Part shown: one piece after another, positions 41,500 through 55,049 of the stretch
How the letters are laid out: each line of letters opens with the position of its first letter
How positions within the stretch are numbered: the first letter of the stretch is position 1
NCBI GenBank assembly: GCA_951406725.2
Contig: OX597822.1
Location: 60,574,001 to 60,638,000, forward strand
DNA length: 64,000 nucleotides
Direction of reading: 5' to 3'
DNA from: Octopus vulgaris
Taxonomy: Eukaryota
Notes under the pieces: model-generated
Told to the model about the DNA's origin: nothing
Databases searched by the model: none
The model's input: only the letters and a program-made list of their open reading frames with translations
Translations under genes and position numbers: made by a program

Positions 41500-42729
41500 G
41501 TAAGAATACCTCTTATTTCGTTTACTATCTCTTCCCTTGCTAGTACATCCTTCATAAACAGCAACGCATATCATGAAGCATCAGAAGAACTTTGCGCATA
41601 AGATCACACTGTTCCATACTATCAAAGCAATCATTAGTGTGATACGACTGAATATTTCTACAGAAACTGCTGCACATTTGAAAGCAACAGTAAATATCTT
41701 CTGTCAATAATGTTGATCATCAGAGTATATTCATTCAGACAACAATGACAATAACTCAAAGATATGTTGTGATAGTCAAATATAGTAAGAAAGATAATCA
41801 TTCTACTCAAAGCAATATTTTTCTTATAGTATTTCAAAGGAAATGTAAGTCGCCTTAGCTTTTCTGATATCAGTCTTCATGATGAAATATAAATTGTGGC
41901 CAGAAAATGACTCTAACGAAATTGAATCGCGGACTGTGGTCATAGAAAAACTTCCTGTGTTACATTCAAACTTTGCCAGATATCAGATCCTTAGAAATAT
42001 TTTTTCAAACTATTTCTAGAGTTTTATCAAGAATACCGAATTTGGGATTTTCTCTTTCAGTATTGGGTTAAATATACTGGTGATAGCTTGTGTCTTGGCG
42101 ACCCGAATCCTTCTCCCGATTCCTAATCTTAGTTGAAGTAATTTCACTTCAGTTGGGTTGCTAATGTATCTTTCAAAGCATATGAACCACAACGTCTTAT
42201 TTCCTTGCCCACTCTATAGATCAGAGGTGAACAGAATAAATATATTTAATTCGATACCTGTAGCACAAAGTAGAAGTTTTTCAATATCTCCTTAATTCAC
42301 TTTGCTGTGGCTGCATTGACGATGAAAGTAAGTACCAGTGAAATAATATTTTTATGTGAAACTAATGTATGATAAAGGTCTTTTATTTAAAAATAAAGAT
42401 ATCTATATGTCGAATGATGTTAATTTTTTTATTTAATCCATCAATAATAATGACTATAATATATCTGTAAAAATATATTTGTGATTTGAGTTATTGTTGT
42501 TTAAACTTGGGTCTTCTCTGATCCAGCAGACGTATAAGTAAAGGCATAACTGCCGTAACAATCTTGTCATCAAGAATTATATTGTCTAAAGCATCTTTCT
42601 TTATTTAAGACGGTAGAATATGATTTTATTGACGTTCGGCTGTTGTTTTTAGTACTGTTTGAAGTGGGATTCCCAGACCAAACAAGCTCACATATATAGA
42701 CAAATACAAACAAACAAAACATCCTCAAA

Positions 42730-42730
42730 C

Positions 42731-42797
<67 letters not shown>

Positions 42798-42995
42798 ATT
42801 TATTGTATACAGTGCTCAGATGCACCACAACTTGTCAAAAGTTCGTATAAAGCATATGCAGTAATGTACAAATGTCTAGAAAGTGAACAGTGTATGAGTC
42901 AGATACATGCTTGCATGTGTACAGAGGGGGAAAAATCAGGTGTAGTGTTGGCGAATCTCAGGAAGCATGGAATGTTTGAAGGATGCAGTGCTACG
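42730..42995 (-). mobile_element. LINE (CR1-like) 3' end with (TTA)n tail
   Basis: Minus strand ...ASFKHSMLPEIRQHYT* followed by a UTR and a long (TTA)n tail (42730-42795). Confidence 0.45.
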
Positions 42996-43367
42996 ATAAC
43001 TAATACCATGCACATATCACAGATTACAATGAACTTTGAGGAGAAACGGGTGGATCCTGATCAATTATTAAATAATAAAGAAACCAGTTGCTTCAATCTT
43101 AATCCTAAGCTACGGACAAAAAAGGAAAAAATTCTAGTGCGATCTAATTTAACAGCAAAATGAAATACACATAAATGAATCCGTATATGTAGTTGCATAT
43201 ATGCATATATGCATATATACTTACTTGTACTTATTCACTCACACACTTCCTCTCTACCTCACACACACACAACAACAACAACAACTATTTATTTATAGGT
43301 GTATCGTCTTAGAGATACGCCACTAAAACGATTTATTATGAGTGTATGTATATATATATATATATAA

Positions 43368-44648
43368 ACTGGATGTCCCGAAATTAACGCAACCGAAGTT
43401 TCAGGCTTTAATAACTATCAATAAATGTGATAAGGTATTATGAAAAGTATACATCATTATAAAAAAGCTTAGTGTGTCTTCTTTTTGTTTCAGGCTAAAT
43501 AAATTCAGATATATATATTAGATAATGCCGGCTATAGACCGAAATACAATCATAACCTTCCACAAAGGAGGCGAAAGTAATACAACTATAGCAAAAAAAA
43601 GCTAAAAGAACTTAACGAACAACTGTTTCGAAATTTGCCAAGAAATTTTAAGTGACTGGTTCCACCGATGATCGAGCTGGACGTGGCCGAAAAGAAGTGT
43701 GCGGACCCCTCAGTTTATCAATAGTACCAGAGAAAAGATATGGTGAAATCCTCGTCGTTCAGTCAGTAAACTGGCTGCCACAGCAAAACTAAGCCAAGCA
43801 TTGATGTATCGAGTGCTGAAGGAGGATCTCAGGACCCATAAATACAAGATGATTTGCCGTCATAAGCTCCCGCAAGTTTATAAGGCCATGAGATCGTTTG
43901 ATCCTGTGTCAGATTGTTGAAGGCACACTACCCAACCTGGTGTTCACTGATGAAAAGAAATTTAACAGCGAACAGACAGTAAACCACCAGAATGGCCGAC
44001 TTTGGGGTGTATCTGACTCTGTCGAGGGTGGACTCGTGAATTGAAGTCAAAATCAACAGTCATTTATGGTTTGGGCGGCTGTGTCAGCTACTGCCTGGCC
44101 ACTTCTCGTTTTCTCGCCCTCGGGTATAAAAATTAACAGCTAGCGATACATTAGCGACATTCTAGAAACTGAACTGTTTCCATGGGCAAATTAGCATTTT
44201 CAAGGCGCGTCTTGGAGCCCCCAACAGGACTCGGTACCAATCCACAGCTCCAAACAGACACAACACTGGATTCAGAAAAACATTCTTTCATTCATGGGCA
44301 AGGATATACGGCCCTCAAAAAGCTCCGATCTCAACTCGTTGGATTTTTCTGTTTGGTCCATTTTGAAGAGTAGAGTCTCGAGCACCCCTGATGCTTCGCT
44401 CGACGCTCTTAAGGCAAAACTGCGCCAGGAATGGGTGTCGATTCTGCAAGAACAGTTGTATGCCGCGTGTGAAGAATTCGCACCTAGACTTAAGGCTGTG
44501 ATTCGAAACAGAGGTGGTCATATCGAATAAATGTGGCAGTGTCATAATTATGCTTCCTTTAATATTGCATGGCAACGCTCGAACCCGAAATATAACAATA
44601 TTTCACTTTGGCAAAAATAACTCGGTTGCTTAAATTTTGGGACACCGT
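43368..44648 (+). mobile_element. Tc1/mariner DD37D (maT)-like transposon relic
   Basis: Imperfect TIRs gtccc(g/a)aaatt..gcaaccga; motifs VFTDEKKF, MVWAAVS, QQDSVPIH, SSDLNSLDFSVW and RLKAVIRNRGGHIE. Confidence 0.88.
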
Positions 44649-44735
44649 GTGTGTATGTGTGTGTGTGTGTGTGTGTGCGCGTGTGTGTGTGCGCGTGTGT
44701 GTGTGCGTTTATGCGTGTATATGTATGTATGTATG

Positions 44736-44787
<52 letters not shown>

Positions 44788-44852
44788 TGTATGTATATAT
44801 GCATATATATATATATATATATATATATGGTTATCCGTAATAATGAAGGGTG

Positions 44853-45178
44853 ACCGAATTTAGAAATAGCAGTCAAAGAGTTATAGCTATTTCTTCTACT
44901 AAAAAGGAGATCTCAGTAAAAACAGCAATTGGAAGGCAGACACAAACAGGTAAGAGGGAATGAATTGACGGCAATCTATCATACAATTTTAAGTTATCTA
45001 CGGACGTACGTTTCGAAACGTACGTCCGTAGATAACTTAAAATTGTATGATAGATTGCCGTCAATTCATTCCCTCTTACCTGTTTGTGTCTGCCTTCCAA
45101 TTGCTGTTTTTACTGAGATCTCCCTTTTTTAGTAGAAGAAATAGCTATAACTCTTTGACTGCTATTTCTAAATTCGGT
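44853..45178. repeat. Near-perfect spacerless palindrome (162/164-bp arms)
   Basis: Centre tttc|gaaa at 45014/45015; the same peptide appears on both strands in the ORF track; only a 2-nt indel difference. Confidence 0.97.
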
Positions 45179-45224
45179 ATGTGGTAAGGCAATTCGTTGC
45201 CAAACCCTTTATTGCTTAGTATTA

Positions 45225-45289
<65 letters not shown>

Positions 45290-45764
45290 GTAGATAGAAT
45301 CATATATGTGTCTATATACATATATATTACATATTTATGTATATGTGCGTGCATATATAATTTAAATTAGATCACTCTAGTTTCAATATTGACTACAATC
45401 TTTTATTCCTCTTGCTTACACTTGCGTGTTTATATCTGTTTGTGAGTGTGTGTGCGGTCGCGTGTGCTTGTGCGTGTGTACATGAGCATTAGCCATGGCT
45501 TTTGTAGTTTAAATGGAAAGTAAACACAATAAAGATGTTGAGAAGAGATGGCATGTAATGATATCCGTTTCAGAAACTCAGAGGTCACTGTAATATCCGT
45601 TGAGGAGCATATGAGAAAAAATAACATGATTGTGATTTAGTGGTTGTAGCGTGTTAACGACCGAATCATTGTCAACCAACTGAAGAGGCTATTTTGGAAG
45701 CAGCCTACATAATGGGTGTAAAAACGTTTGGCTTTGCAGGCTTGATAGAAGCATAAATTAGATA

Positions 45765-45997
45765 AAGGCGGCGAGCTCGCAGAAACGTTAGCGCGCCGGG
45801 CGAAGTGCTTAGCGGTATTTCGTCTGCCGTTACGTTCTGAGTTCAAATTCCGCCGAGGTCGACTTTGCCTTTCATCCTTTCGGGGTCGATAAATTAAGTA
45901 CCAGTTACACACAGGGGTCGATGTAATCGACTTAATCCGTTTGTCTGTCCTTGTTTGTCCCCTCAATGTTTAGCTCCTTGTGGGCAATAAAGAAATA
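45765..45997 (+). mobile_element. SINE family A copy (near consensus)
   Basis: Full length; TSD agaagcataaat. Confidence 0.9.
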
Positions 45998-47927
45998 AGA
46001 AGCATAAATAAGAATTACGCAGAAAAGATAGAGTCAATTATTTCGAAAAATCTTATTAATAACGAAGAGTAAAATTAATAGGTTGAGGGATCGATATACA
46101 TTATAACAACATTATAAACAATAAAACAAAAAGAAAATATGAAGTGTTAACGAGGTTCGTGTGTAATAGATGTGTGAGGAAAACTCGTCTATATGGCATA
46201 TATAAAGTCCTATTTTGATGGGAGAATGTGGTTTGAAGGATGTCTGGGCTGATATCTCTACGAGGTTGAGCGACTGTGCAGAGTATTCTCTTTTATTCGT
46301 CAAAAGAGATGTGCGTACGTTTAAAGATAATGCAACAGAACCTCTCTAAACTACAAATCCCTAAACTATAACATTTACCAGAGTTAGGAGCCTAATGAAG
46401 GCAGTCACATAATATCAATGCATGGTGTAATATATACAACAAAGCCACCATAAATCCAAGAACTCCAGAATTCCCTAAACGAATTTAACTCTACACGAAA
46501 GAATTTCAATGAAGACCAACTTAGAACCACAAGATACAAAAGGATGGCTGTCAACAACACGCACACATAAAAAATAGAACATCAAGCCTATACATCCCAT
46601 CTTCAGCCACGTAACGGATATCATCATGGTTTCATCATCTGAGAAGTATCATTTAATTCAGCAATGTCAAAGCATATAAAATATAAAAGTTGCCTTGGAA
46701 TTAACAGACAAGAAACAGAGGCCCAAAAGATTAGCACAATATATCAATTATGTCTACACCTGATTATTCTTGCAAAGTACAAATACAAACATCAAATCTC
46801 AAACATTAATCGCCCATTATAACTATGAAGCATAGCAATTAAATACAATACAGAAAACAGAGAAATATCATCAAAAAGGACATTGTTCATCCCAAGAACT
46901 TAAAAATCATAAAACATTAAAACGAACTTGTGAACTAAACGTGCTGAACAAAAGTTATTGAACATAGTCAAAAACAAACGTCAATATACGTTCAAATGTA
47001 CTAAATGCGTGTGAATGTATATGGGCATATGTGCGCGTTTGTGAGCGTATATGCATGTATCTTTTTTATGGCTTAGTGAAAGAAATGTTGCTGCAATACA
47101 ACCGGAATGCATAGCCGAATATTTGTGACAAGAGGAACTCTATTTAAGGAGCCTAAAGGGAAATGGTAAACTTAAAGTGGGCAACTGATGAAGTGTATGA
47201 CGCAGCAACAGGTACGAGCTTTTGCGTAGTTTCCGGTTACAGAATTTTGCTGACAAAGCGGTTAAGTAAGAAGGCATTTGTAAAGCCACATGACCTTATG
47301 TGTGTGTGTGTGTGAGTGTGTCTGTGTGAGAGTATGTGTGTTAGAGAGAGAGCGAATGTATGTATGTATGTATGTATGTATGTATGTATGTATGTATGTA
47401 TGTATGTATGTATGTATGTATGTATGTATACAGCAGGATATCCAATGTTGCCTGGTAACAGATTCGTGGTTCAAAACGGTGAGATGAGTTTGTGTGGGGA
47501 GAGGGACGGAGAACGAAACATCATGTGTTGTATAGATTGTGTTTCTATTGGAAGGATTTTATGTGCATAAGACCGCGTGTAAGAGATAGTACATTCATGT
47601 GCATCTCTGTCAAAGAGAGAGAGAGAAAGGGAGAGGAGTGTTATTAGTGACTTAAAGTATATTTCTATACGAGAGAATAAGCTAATCAGATGTTTGTATT
47701 TTGTGCGTCTGTGAGTGTGTGATGTGTTCTATGCACAGCTATCGGCAGAACTGTGCAACATTAAAAGAACAGGAGAGATAATATTCAAAAGCAATGAATT
47801 GAAAAATATACAGTAGTTAGAATTACCAGTTAACGAGTATTTCTGAATTTAAACAGATTTAGATTAATATAATATAGGAACTTGTATAAGAAGGGGAATA
47901 TATATATATATTTATCATTACATATAC

Positions 47928-47976
<49 letters not shown>

Positions 47977-48000
47977 TTTCCCGTCCATAAAGAGTTTAGC

Positions 48001-48135
48001 TTTATGGCTTATCGTCAGATCCCAAAAACCTATTGGCCCATGGCCTCTTAAAAATATAGAGGGGGAAATGCCTCCATATTTTTAAGAGATCATGGGTCAA
48101 CAACAGGTTTTGGGGATCTGACGATACGCCATAAA
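48001..48135. repeat. Imperfect ~62-bp-arm hairpin
   Basis: tttatggc.tatcgtcagatccc..tcttaaaaatat versus its reverse complement. Confidence 0.9.
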
Positions 48136-48213
48136 CCAGCCTTCCCCATTTGTAATATATACTACTCTACATCTTAGAGTGTGCTTCTTTCGAATTTATG
48201 GTTTTTACAAACA

Positions 48214-48306
<93 letters not shown>

Positions 48307-48399
48307 CACATTGAGGCATCAACTGAAGTCGAGATGAGAGGGTCAATCCACATTCCACCTCTAGGTATTTTTTCTCCGCTCCAATTTTTTACTTTTCAA

Positions 48400-48481
48400 T
48401 TCACTTGAAGAAAACGGTTTTCTTTATGATGAAATCGAATCATTCATCAATAACAAATGCGTCTGAAACAGCTGTAGTGAA
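48400..48481 (+). ncRNA. Hammerhead-like motif with extended stem II (orphan pLTR-like remnant)
   Basis: UUCAC UUGAAGA ... UGAUGAA/UUCAUCA inner stem ... GAAA CAGCUG UA GUGAA; stem I UUCAC/GUGAA. Confidence 0.5.
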
Positions 48482-49489
48482 GCTTTATTCCATTTGTGTT
48501 CTTATTTTACATAAACACCCTACCTGAAACATTCTCTTTGTTGGATCTGGAACTTATATTGGATCATGAAACTGTATACTGGTGTGTCCGAGTGTATAAT
48601 TTCATATACATGTATACTCATACATATGTGTATATCTGTGTGTACATGCACATGTATGTGTAAGTGTATGAATATGTCTGTATATGCATAGTGTGAACAC
48701 TTTCATTCGTGCAGTGTGTCCTGAATCCAGCCTGCAGTCAATTAAACCAAGAACATTCTCTAAAGTATTATTCAAATTTACCTTATATTATACATCATAC
48801 CGTCCCTTCAGCACCCCACCCCACTTAATTGTTCGTAAACCTAAGCCGTCTCCCTTTCTAACAAACGGCCTTTAGCAGTGTGCACGCCGTTGCAAGTCTC
48901 TGGTCTGCGAGTAGCTTTCACCTCCCAGCCTTAGAGGGCTTGAAAAATGCCATACAGTCCTTCCTCATTTAGGTAAGCATTAATTAATTCATTCATTTAT
49001 TTATTCATTAAAATAAAGAAACTGGCCAAAAATTAAAGACTGGAAAATAACTCAATACCGTTTTGAAATAATGTAAAAGTAGTGTTTGTATTCTAAGAAC
49101 GTTAGCTAATAGGATTGTCCTTGAAACCAAATGTCGATCAAGTGGAAGATATCTTTTTCAGTAGTTAACGTATTATTGATTTATTTTCCACTTACGATTG
49201 CTCAAATAAGACACATGCCTTACCTCAATGTTGACAGAAGCTGGATTTAAAGATAAGCACTCATTTATTTTTATTTTTATTCTTCGTGAAATTCTTTCTG
49301 TAGCTGATTGACACCTGATACCGCAACTGTCTTCATTGCATTTGTACAGAAATGAACAGTCCGTTTTGTACCATCTGGCAGTAACTATAGTGTGTCCCAG
49401 AGAGGAATAAACATTTTATTACCTGGAATGTATCACGGGAAAATCTAAAGACTCAGTTTGCAATGACTCAACGATGTTAAAAATAATCT

Positions 49490-49862
49490 TTTCTACTCTA
49501 AGCACAATGCCCGAATTTTTTTTTTTTTTTTTTTTTTGGTGGGGGGCAGTCGATTAGATCGACCCCAGTACGCAATACCGCTAAGCATTTCGCCCGGCGT
49601 GCTAACGTTTCTGATTTCTTTATTGCCCACAAGGGGCTAAACATAGAGGGGACAAACAAGGACAGACAAACGGATTGAGTCGATTACATCGATCCCAGTG
49701 CGTAACAGGTACTTAATTAGTCGACTCCGAAAGGATGAAAGGCAAAGTCGACTTCGGTGGAATTTGAACTTAGAACGTAAAGACAGACGAAATACCGCTA
49801 ATCATTTCGTCCGGCGTGCTAACGTTTCTGCCAGCTCACCGCTAACGTTTCTGCCAGCTCAC
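49490..49862 (-). mobile_element. SINE family A copy (49614-49840) inserted into another family A copy
   Basis: 13-bp TSD gctaacgtttctg (49601-49613 and 49841-49853). Confidence 0.8.
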
Positions 49863-50765
49863 AATATTTCTAATGCAATTCTCATACCGCTTAACACGAA
49901 CTATGTATATATTTATTGCTATCTCTCTCCCCTTCTCACACTTTTTCTCGATATATATGCATACATATGTATCTACATACATACATGCATACATATAATG
50001 TATATTATATATATATACTAAATATGTGGGAAATTCTGTCTGTGGGTGTGTTTGTGAAGTTGTTGGCTAACTCCGCTTACATCGTTTTATCGATTTTGAT
50101 GAAACTTGACACGTGAGTAGAACTCATGTCTGGAAATCTTATGGCATACTCAGATTGTTGAAAAAAATCGATAATAGGGCCCCTGGAAGGGATCCTTATA
50201 TATATCTAATATTTATTTTAAAAACCAAAGGAAATAACCCATTCGTCCCGGGAAGGGATCTTTATATATAGCCAAGGGAAATAATACATTCATTTTCCTA
50301 AATTATTTGGCAAAAATTATATTGAATATGCTTATTTCTTAGTATTTGAATTGTTAGGGTTATTTTGCAATTTATCCAGTATAACCCTTAAACAAGTAAA
50401 TAGTATTTTCCTAAACAATAGATGCACTTATTTCGGTTAGTAACTTAATCACGAATATACCAACACTAGCGCCCCTGAGAGTAATATTCTCTGGGAACAC
50501 ACAAAAACCCTTTTCAATATCACCACCACAACAATTGCACAACCCAGCAACAGGATCATACGACCCATACGACATGATGAATATATTAATCAAATCTTGC
50601 TCAAATCAGACGCCAGCCATTTCAAATGAACATTGTGGATAATTTTTGCTGGGAAAACTATGCCTAAAAATAGATGGGATGGTCTAAGTCAGTGACGTAG
50701 CTAATAGAAAAACAAAGAGAGTGACCGCTTACTCCGAACACATATTTCAAAATTAGCGCTTTTTA

Positions 50766-51140
50766 TCTCTCTATATATAAACGGCAGTTTGTCTGTGCGT
50801 GTTTCTGTGTGTCTGTTTGCTTGTACCCTCACCCTGACCACGGCTTTCAACCGATTCTGATGAAACTTGACACACACATAGCCCAATGTCATAATTCAAA
50901 ACTAACGCAGCGAAAATTTTGAAAAGTTCCCCCAGTTCTGAAAAAAATCAATAAAATCGACATGGGGTCGAGAATCAGAAACACAAACCGCAGACTGTCT
51001 AGGGGACGCAACTCAACCTTTTTTTAACTCAAAAAAAAAATTTACCATAATTTTTTTGCTATTTTTTGGCTATAACTCTCTAAAAATGCTTTATAGTTAT
51101 TTCCCTTACAAACCTGAGCAACGCCGGGCGATACTGCTAG
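50766..51140 (+). mobile_element. Non-autonomous Helitron
   Basis: A|TC start; 3' cctgagcaacgccgggcg..CTAG|T, nearly the same as the end at 35323. Confidence 0.8.
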
Positions 51141-51475
51141 TAAAATATATAATCATTGAGTTAAAAACTGTCTGACATGTGTCACGGCGCCTTTCATTTT
51201 TATGTGCTTGCTCCCACTAACTTTAGAACTTGACTACATCCCTGCCCACAGTATAATCGTCTTTGATCATAGGTGTGCTGAATTGGACCGGCCTAGGGTT
51301 TAACAACAATAACCACGTCACCAACACGAACACCATCAACACCACATCTACAGCTACAATCACATCGCCTTCACACTACCATAACATTGTTAACTTTTCT
51401 TTTCTTTCTTTCTCTTTTCACTAAAACCCTCCTTCGTGGTGTTGGTCCTCACAAAAGCCTTCCCTTCCATTGTAG

Positions 51476-51551
51476 CCATCGGATAGTTTCAAGTTTCGTA
51501 TTGACGGGGAGTGGCGGGGCAAACCCAGATACTGTGCATGATGGGAAAACG
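51476..51551 (+). CDS. Gene 2 exon: PSDSFKFRIDGEWRGKPRYCA*WEN(G), with in-frame TGA at 51539-51541
   Basis: ttcccttccattgtag| acceptor and ACG|GTAAGT donor; 76 nt, so phase 0 in and phase 1 out, bridging the flanking exons. Confidence 0.55.
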
Positions 51552-52803
51552 GTAAGTGCATGGTTTTTCTTGTCATCTCTATCTCTCTTTCTCTTTCTCT
51601 CCTTCTCTCCCTCTCCCCCTCTCTTTCCACCCTCTTCCCTCTCGCTCCCCCTCTCTCTTCCTATCACTTTCCCATCTCTCTCTATCTCTATCTCAACATA
51701 CACGCACACACACACATGCACACTAAAGCACATGCACACACACACACACATGCACACGCATGTATTTATATATACTTGTGTATAATATAGACTGTTGGGA
51801 AATAGTGCATGTGTTTTCTACCTCCACCCCACCCCATCCACCTTTCTCTCTGACCTTCTCTCTTTTGTTCACTTTCGTTTATCCCTTCCGTTCTGCCTTT
51901 TGCAACTTCTTTTCCCAGAAAGCAGTTTAATTCGTTTTTTCATTTCTTGTTTTTCTTCATCGTTTGTACCTTTTGTTCATGGACAGTCGTATTGTTTTGT
52001 TCTGCCTTATTCCGCAATTCTTCGCGTCGAAAGTCTTTACTATACTTTTGCTTTCTGTTATCTTTTACACACTTTGCCTCGTCGAGTCGTAACGCTATTT
52101 AAATTTCCTGTATTATCCTGCCTGTGTCAAAAGAGTTGTCGCACATCTTGTGTTCTTCCATGTGCATTCTTAGCATTTTCTTTCTCTTTAATGTTTATCC
52201 CTGATAGCTTCAAGCCATAGCTGTCGAACACTACTAACTATTGTAATCCCGTCTAAATGTGTCCGAAACTGCGATAAGCGTTTAGATGACAGTTGATGAG
52301 GGCTTTTGTTCTGTTTATCTTATTTGTCCTCCTATTCTGTATTGTCCATTTATTTATGCTCGTTTATTCTCCCATCCTTCTTTTCAGTCTCAGCGCTTGT
52401 AAGACATATTGTTTTTTCCTTCTGCCTCCGCTCGTCTTTTAAAAAATAACATTTTTAAGGGTGAATCTGCTCAGTAAATTTTACTGTTCATGTTTGCTTT
52501 CATACATTCAGAGAATATGCGTGTGTGCGTGCGCGCGTGTGTGTGTGTGTACGTGCAAACATACTTATGATCCAAAGCATTACAGCCATGATCGTTCTGT
52601 CAATTTCTATATCAAAGAGTGCATTCTTCAGAATATATTCCATACTTTATGAGAATAGAGTGTGACTTGAGGAAGATTATCCTGCTGTTTGGTCATTTAT
52701 ATTCGGAGTTTAAAAATGGGTGTTAAATAGAACAACTGACAGAATTGCACATTTTAGTTGCATTTCTTTACATTCTCGTTTCCAATATCCCCTGAGCTGA
52801 CAA

Positions 52804-53095
<292 letters not shown>

Positions 53096-54382
53096 CTGGG
53101 TCATCCCATAAATGATGCAGTTTTTTCAATTGCTTGAACTAGAAGTTGAAGGAGGACGGGATAAACTACCTGTATCAACTTGCTATAAGATCAGGTAGTA
53201 ATTTTACCCTGTACTTATTCTTAGTGCAAGTTTTGAAGAGTACAGTTCGATTTTAACAGTTATTTTTTTCAAAGCTATAACAGAAGTGACAAAGGAGCAT
53301 ATTCAGCATATGTTATTTCATGAGTTCAATAAAGGCAACAACGCAACAGAAAGTACAAGGAATATTAATGCAGTATATAGGGATTGGACAATAAGCGTAA
53401 GCCAGTGTCAACAGTGGTTCCAGAAATCCCGAGCCGGAAACTACAGCCTGAAAGACAAGCCTCGCCCTGGAAGATCCGTAGAGCTCGACGAGGACGTCCT
53501 GCAAACCCTAGTGGAACAAAATCCCATCGTAACTGTTGAGGAACTAGTAGAGAAGCTTGGATTTGGTCATTCAACCTTTCATCAACATTTGCATGCCATC
53601 GGAAAAATCAGCAAATTGGGTCAATGTGTTCCTCACAAACTTTTCGAGTCTCATTGCGCGCAAAGAGTGAATGTGTGCTCTTCTTTGCTTCATGTCTCAC
53701 GAATGAACCTCTTTAAGACCGAATAGTGACTGGTGACGAGAAATGGATGCTCTATAAAAATGTCAAGTGTCGAAGATAGTGGATAGGTAAAGAAGAAACA
53801 CCTGCACCCAGGCTAAAGAAGGTCTTCACCCACATAAGGTGTTGTTATCTGTTTGGTGGGATATGAAAGGTTTAGACCACTTTGAATTTTTAAACAGAAA
53901 ACAAATGATAACAAAGGAGATCTACTGCGAGCAGCTGGAGCGGCTTAAGTCAGCGCTAGAAGGAGAACGACCATATTTGCTTTCGTGACGGAAGATGTTC
54001 TTCCATCAGGATAATGCTCGGCAATATACAGCGAGGATGACATTCCAAAGGCTGGGGCAGTTTGAATGGGAAACGATGCCTCACCCACCATATTCGCCGG
54101 ACATTGCCCATCTGGTTATCATTCATTCCGCAGTCCTCAAAATCATTTGGACGGGAAAAATAGGAATTTTGTAGACGAGGTCAGAACAGTACTGGAAGAG
54201 TATTTTTCTTCACGGACAAGTGAATTTTGGAAGAGGGACCTTGCAAGTCTACCAGATAGGTGGAAATGCATTGTAAAAAAATGAAGGAAAGTATATTTTA
54301 GATTAAAAAAGAACTTTGTTTTTCTTAATTTTAAAAAATAAAAGAAATGTAAAAAAACCGCATTTCTTATGGGATGACCCTA
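53096..54382 (+). mobile_element. Full-length but degenerate mariner (DD34D) transposon
   Basis: TIRs gggtcatcccataa / ttatgggatgaccc in TA context; HTH (QWFQK..PRPGR), VTGDEKW, VWWDMKG, HQDNAR and HPPYSPDIA motifs, with stops and frameshifts. Confidence 0.93.
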
Positions 54383-55049
54383 TATATACGATTGTAATAT
54401 TTCGGGCTGTTAATCTTATTATCAGAGATGAAAAATATTTTGATATTTATATTAAAATGTATATAAAAACAACGTTTCAATCAGCTTGATCACTGGTCCT
54501 CATCAAATCTCATGTTTTTGGATGCGTACATAGCAATGGAGTGAACTGAAACCTTCATTTCTAAGCAAAGCGCAGTAATACTTTTATCCACTAGGACACT
54601 GACGCATGAAAAAATTAATGCTTCTTTTGTCATGCAATATCAAAAGTCTGTCTCACACATTTGATGTCTTAAGTGTTCAACTTACTGATTCAGTTTTCCG
54701 TAAATTCCTATAAATGAATGTTTCTTTCTGTTACGTGCAAGAAAAGCAGTGTTACATTTAAATAGTTTTCTTAATGTAAAAACATTGTTGAATGGCAAAT
54801 TTACTGCCGTATTCAAGATATATCATCCCTTATGAACGAGCTGTGTTTAGAAACACAATATATATCGGAGAGAGATGAAAATCGTTCCAGCAGAAGTATA
54901 TGTGAATACCAGATTTCAACTTCAGTGGTCCTTCTCAGTAGCTTTTTTTTAAATTTAATCCTACTTTTATTGCATGTAACGGTTTTATTGCTATTCGTAA
55001 TACCAATGAATGTTTTTCATTGTTTTTCTATGTATCGGAGGTGACAAAT

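Noticed and set aside
42264-42327. Candidate exon HKVEVFQYLLNSLCCGCIDDE with GTAAGT donor
   Set aside because: The donor falls in a decayed Nin-SINE core (ctttgc...gatgaaagtaagtaccag) and the acceptor is poor.
44873-45132. Identical peptides on both strands
   Set aside because: A consequence of the DNA palindrome, not a gene pair.
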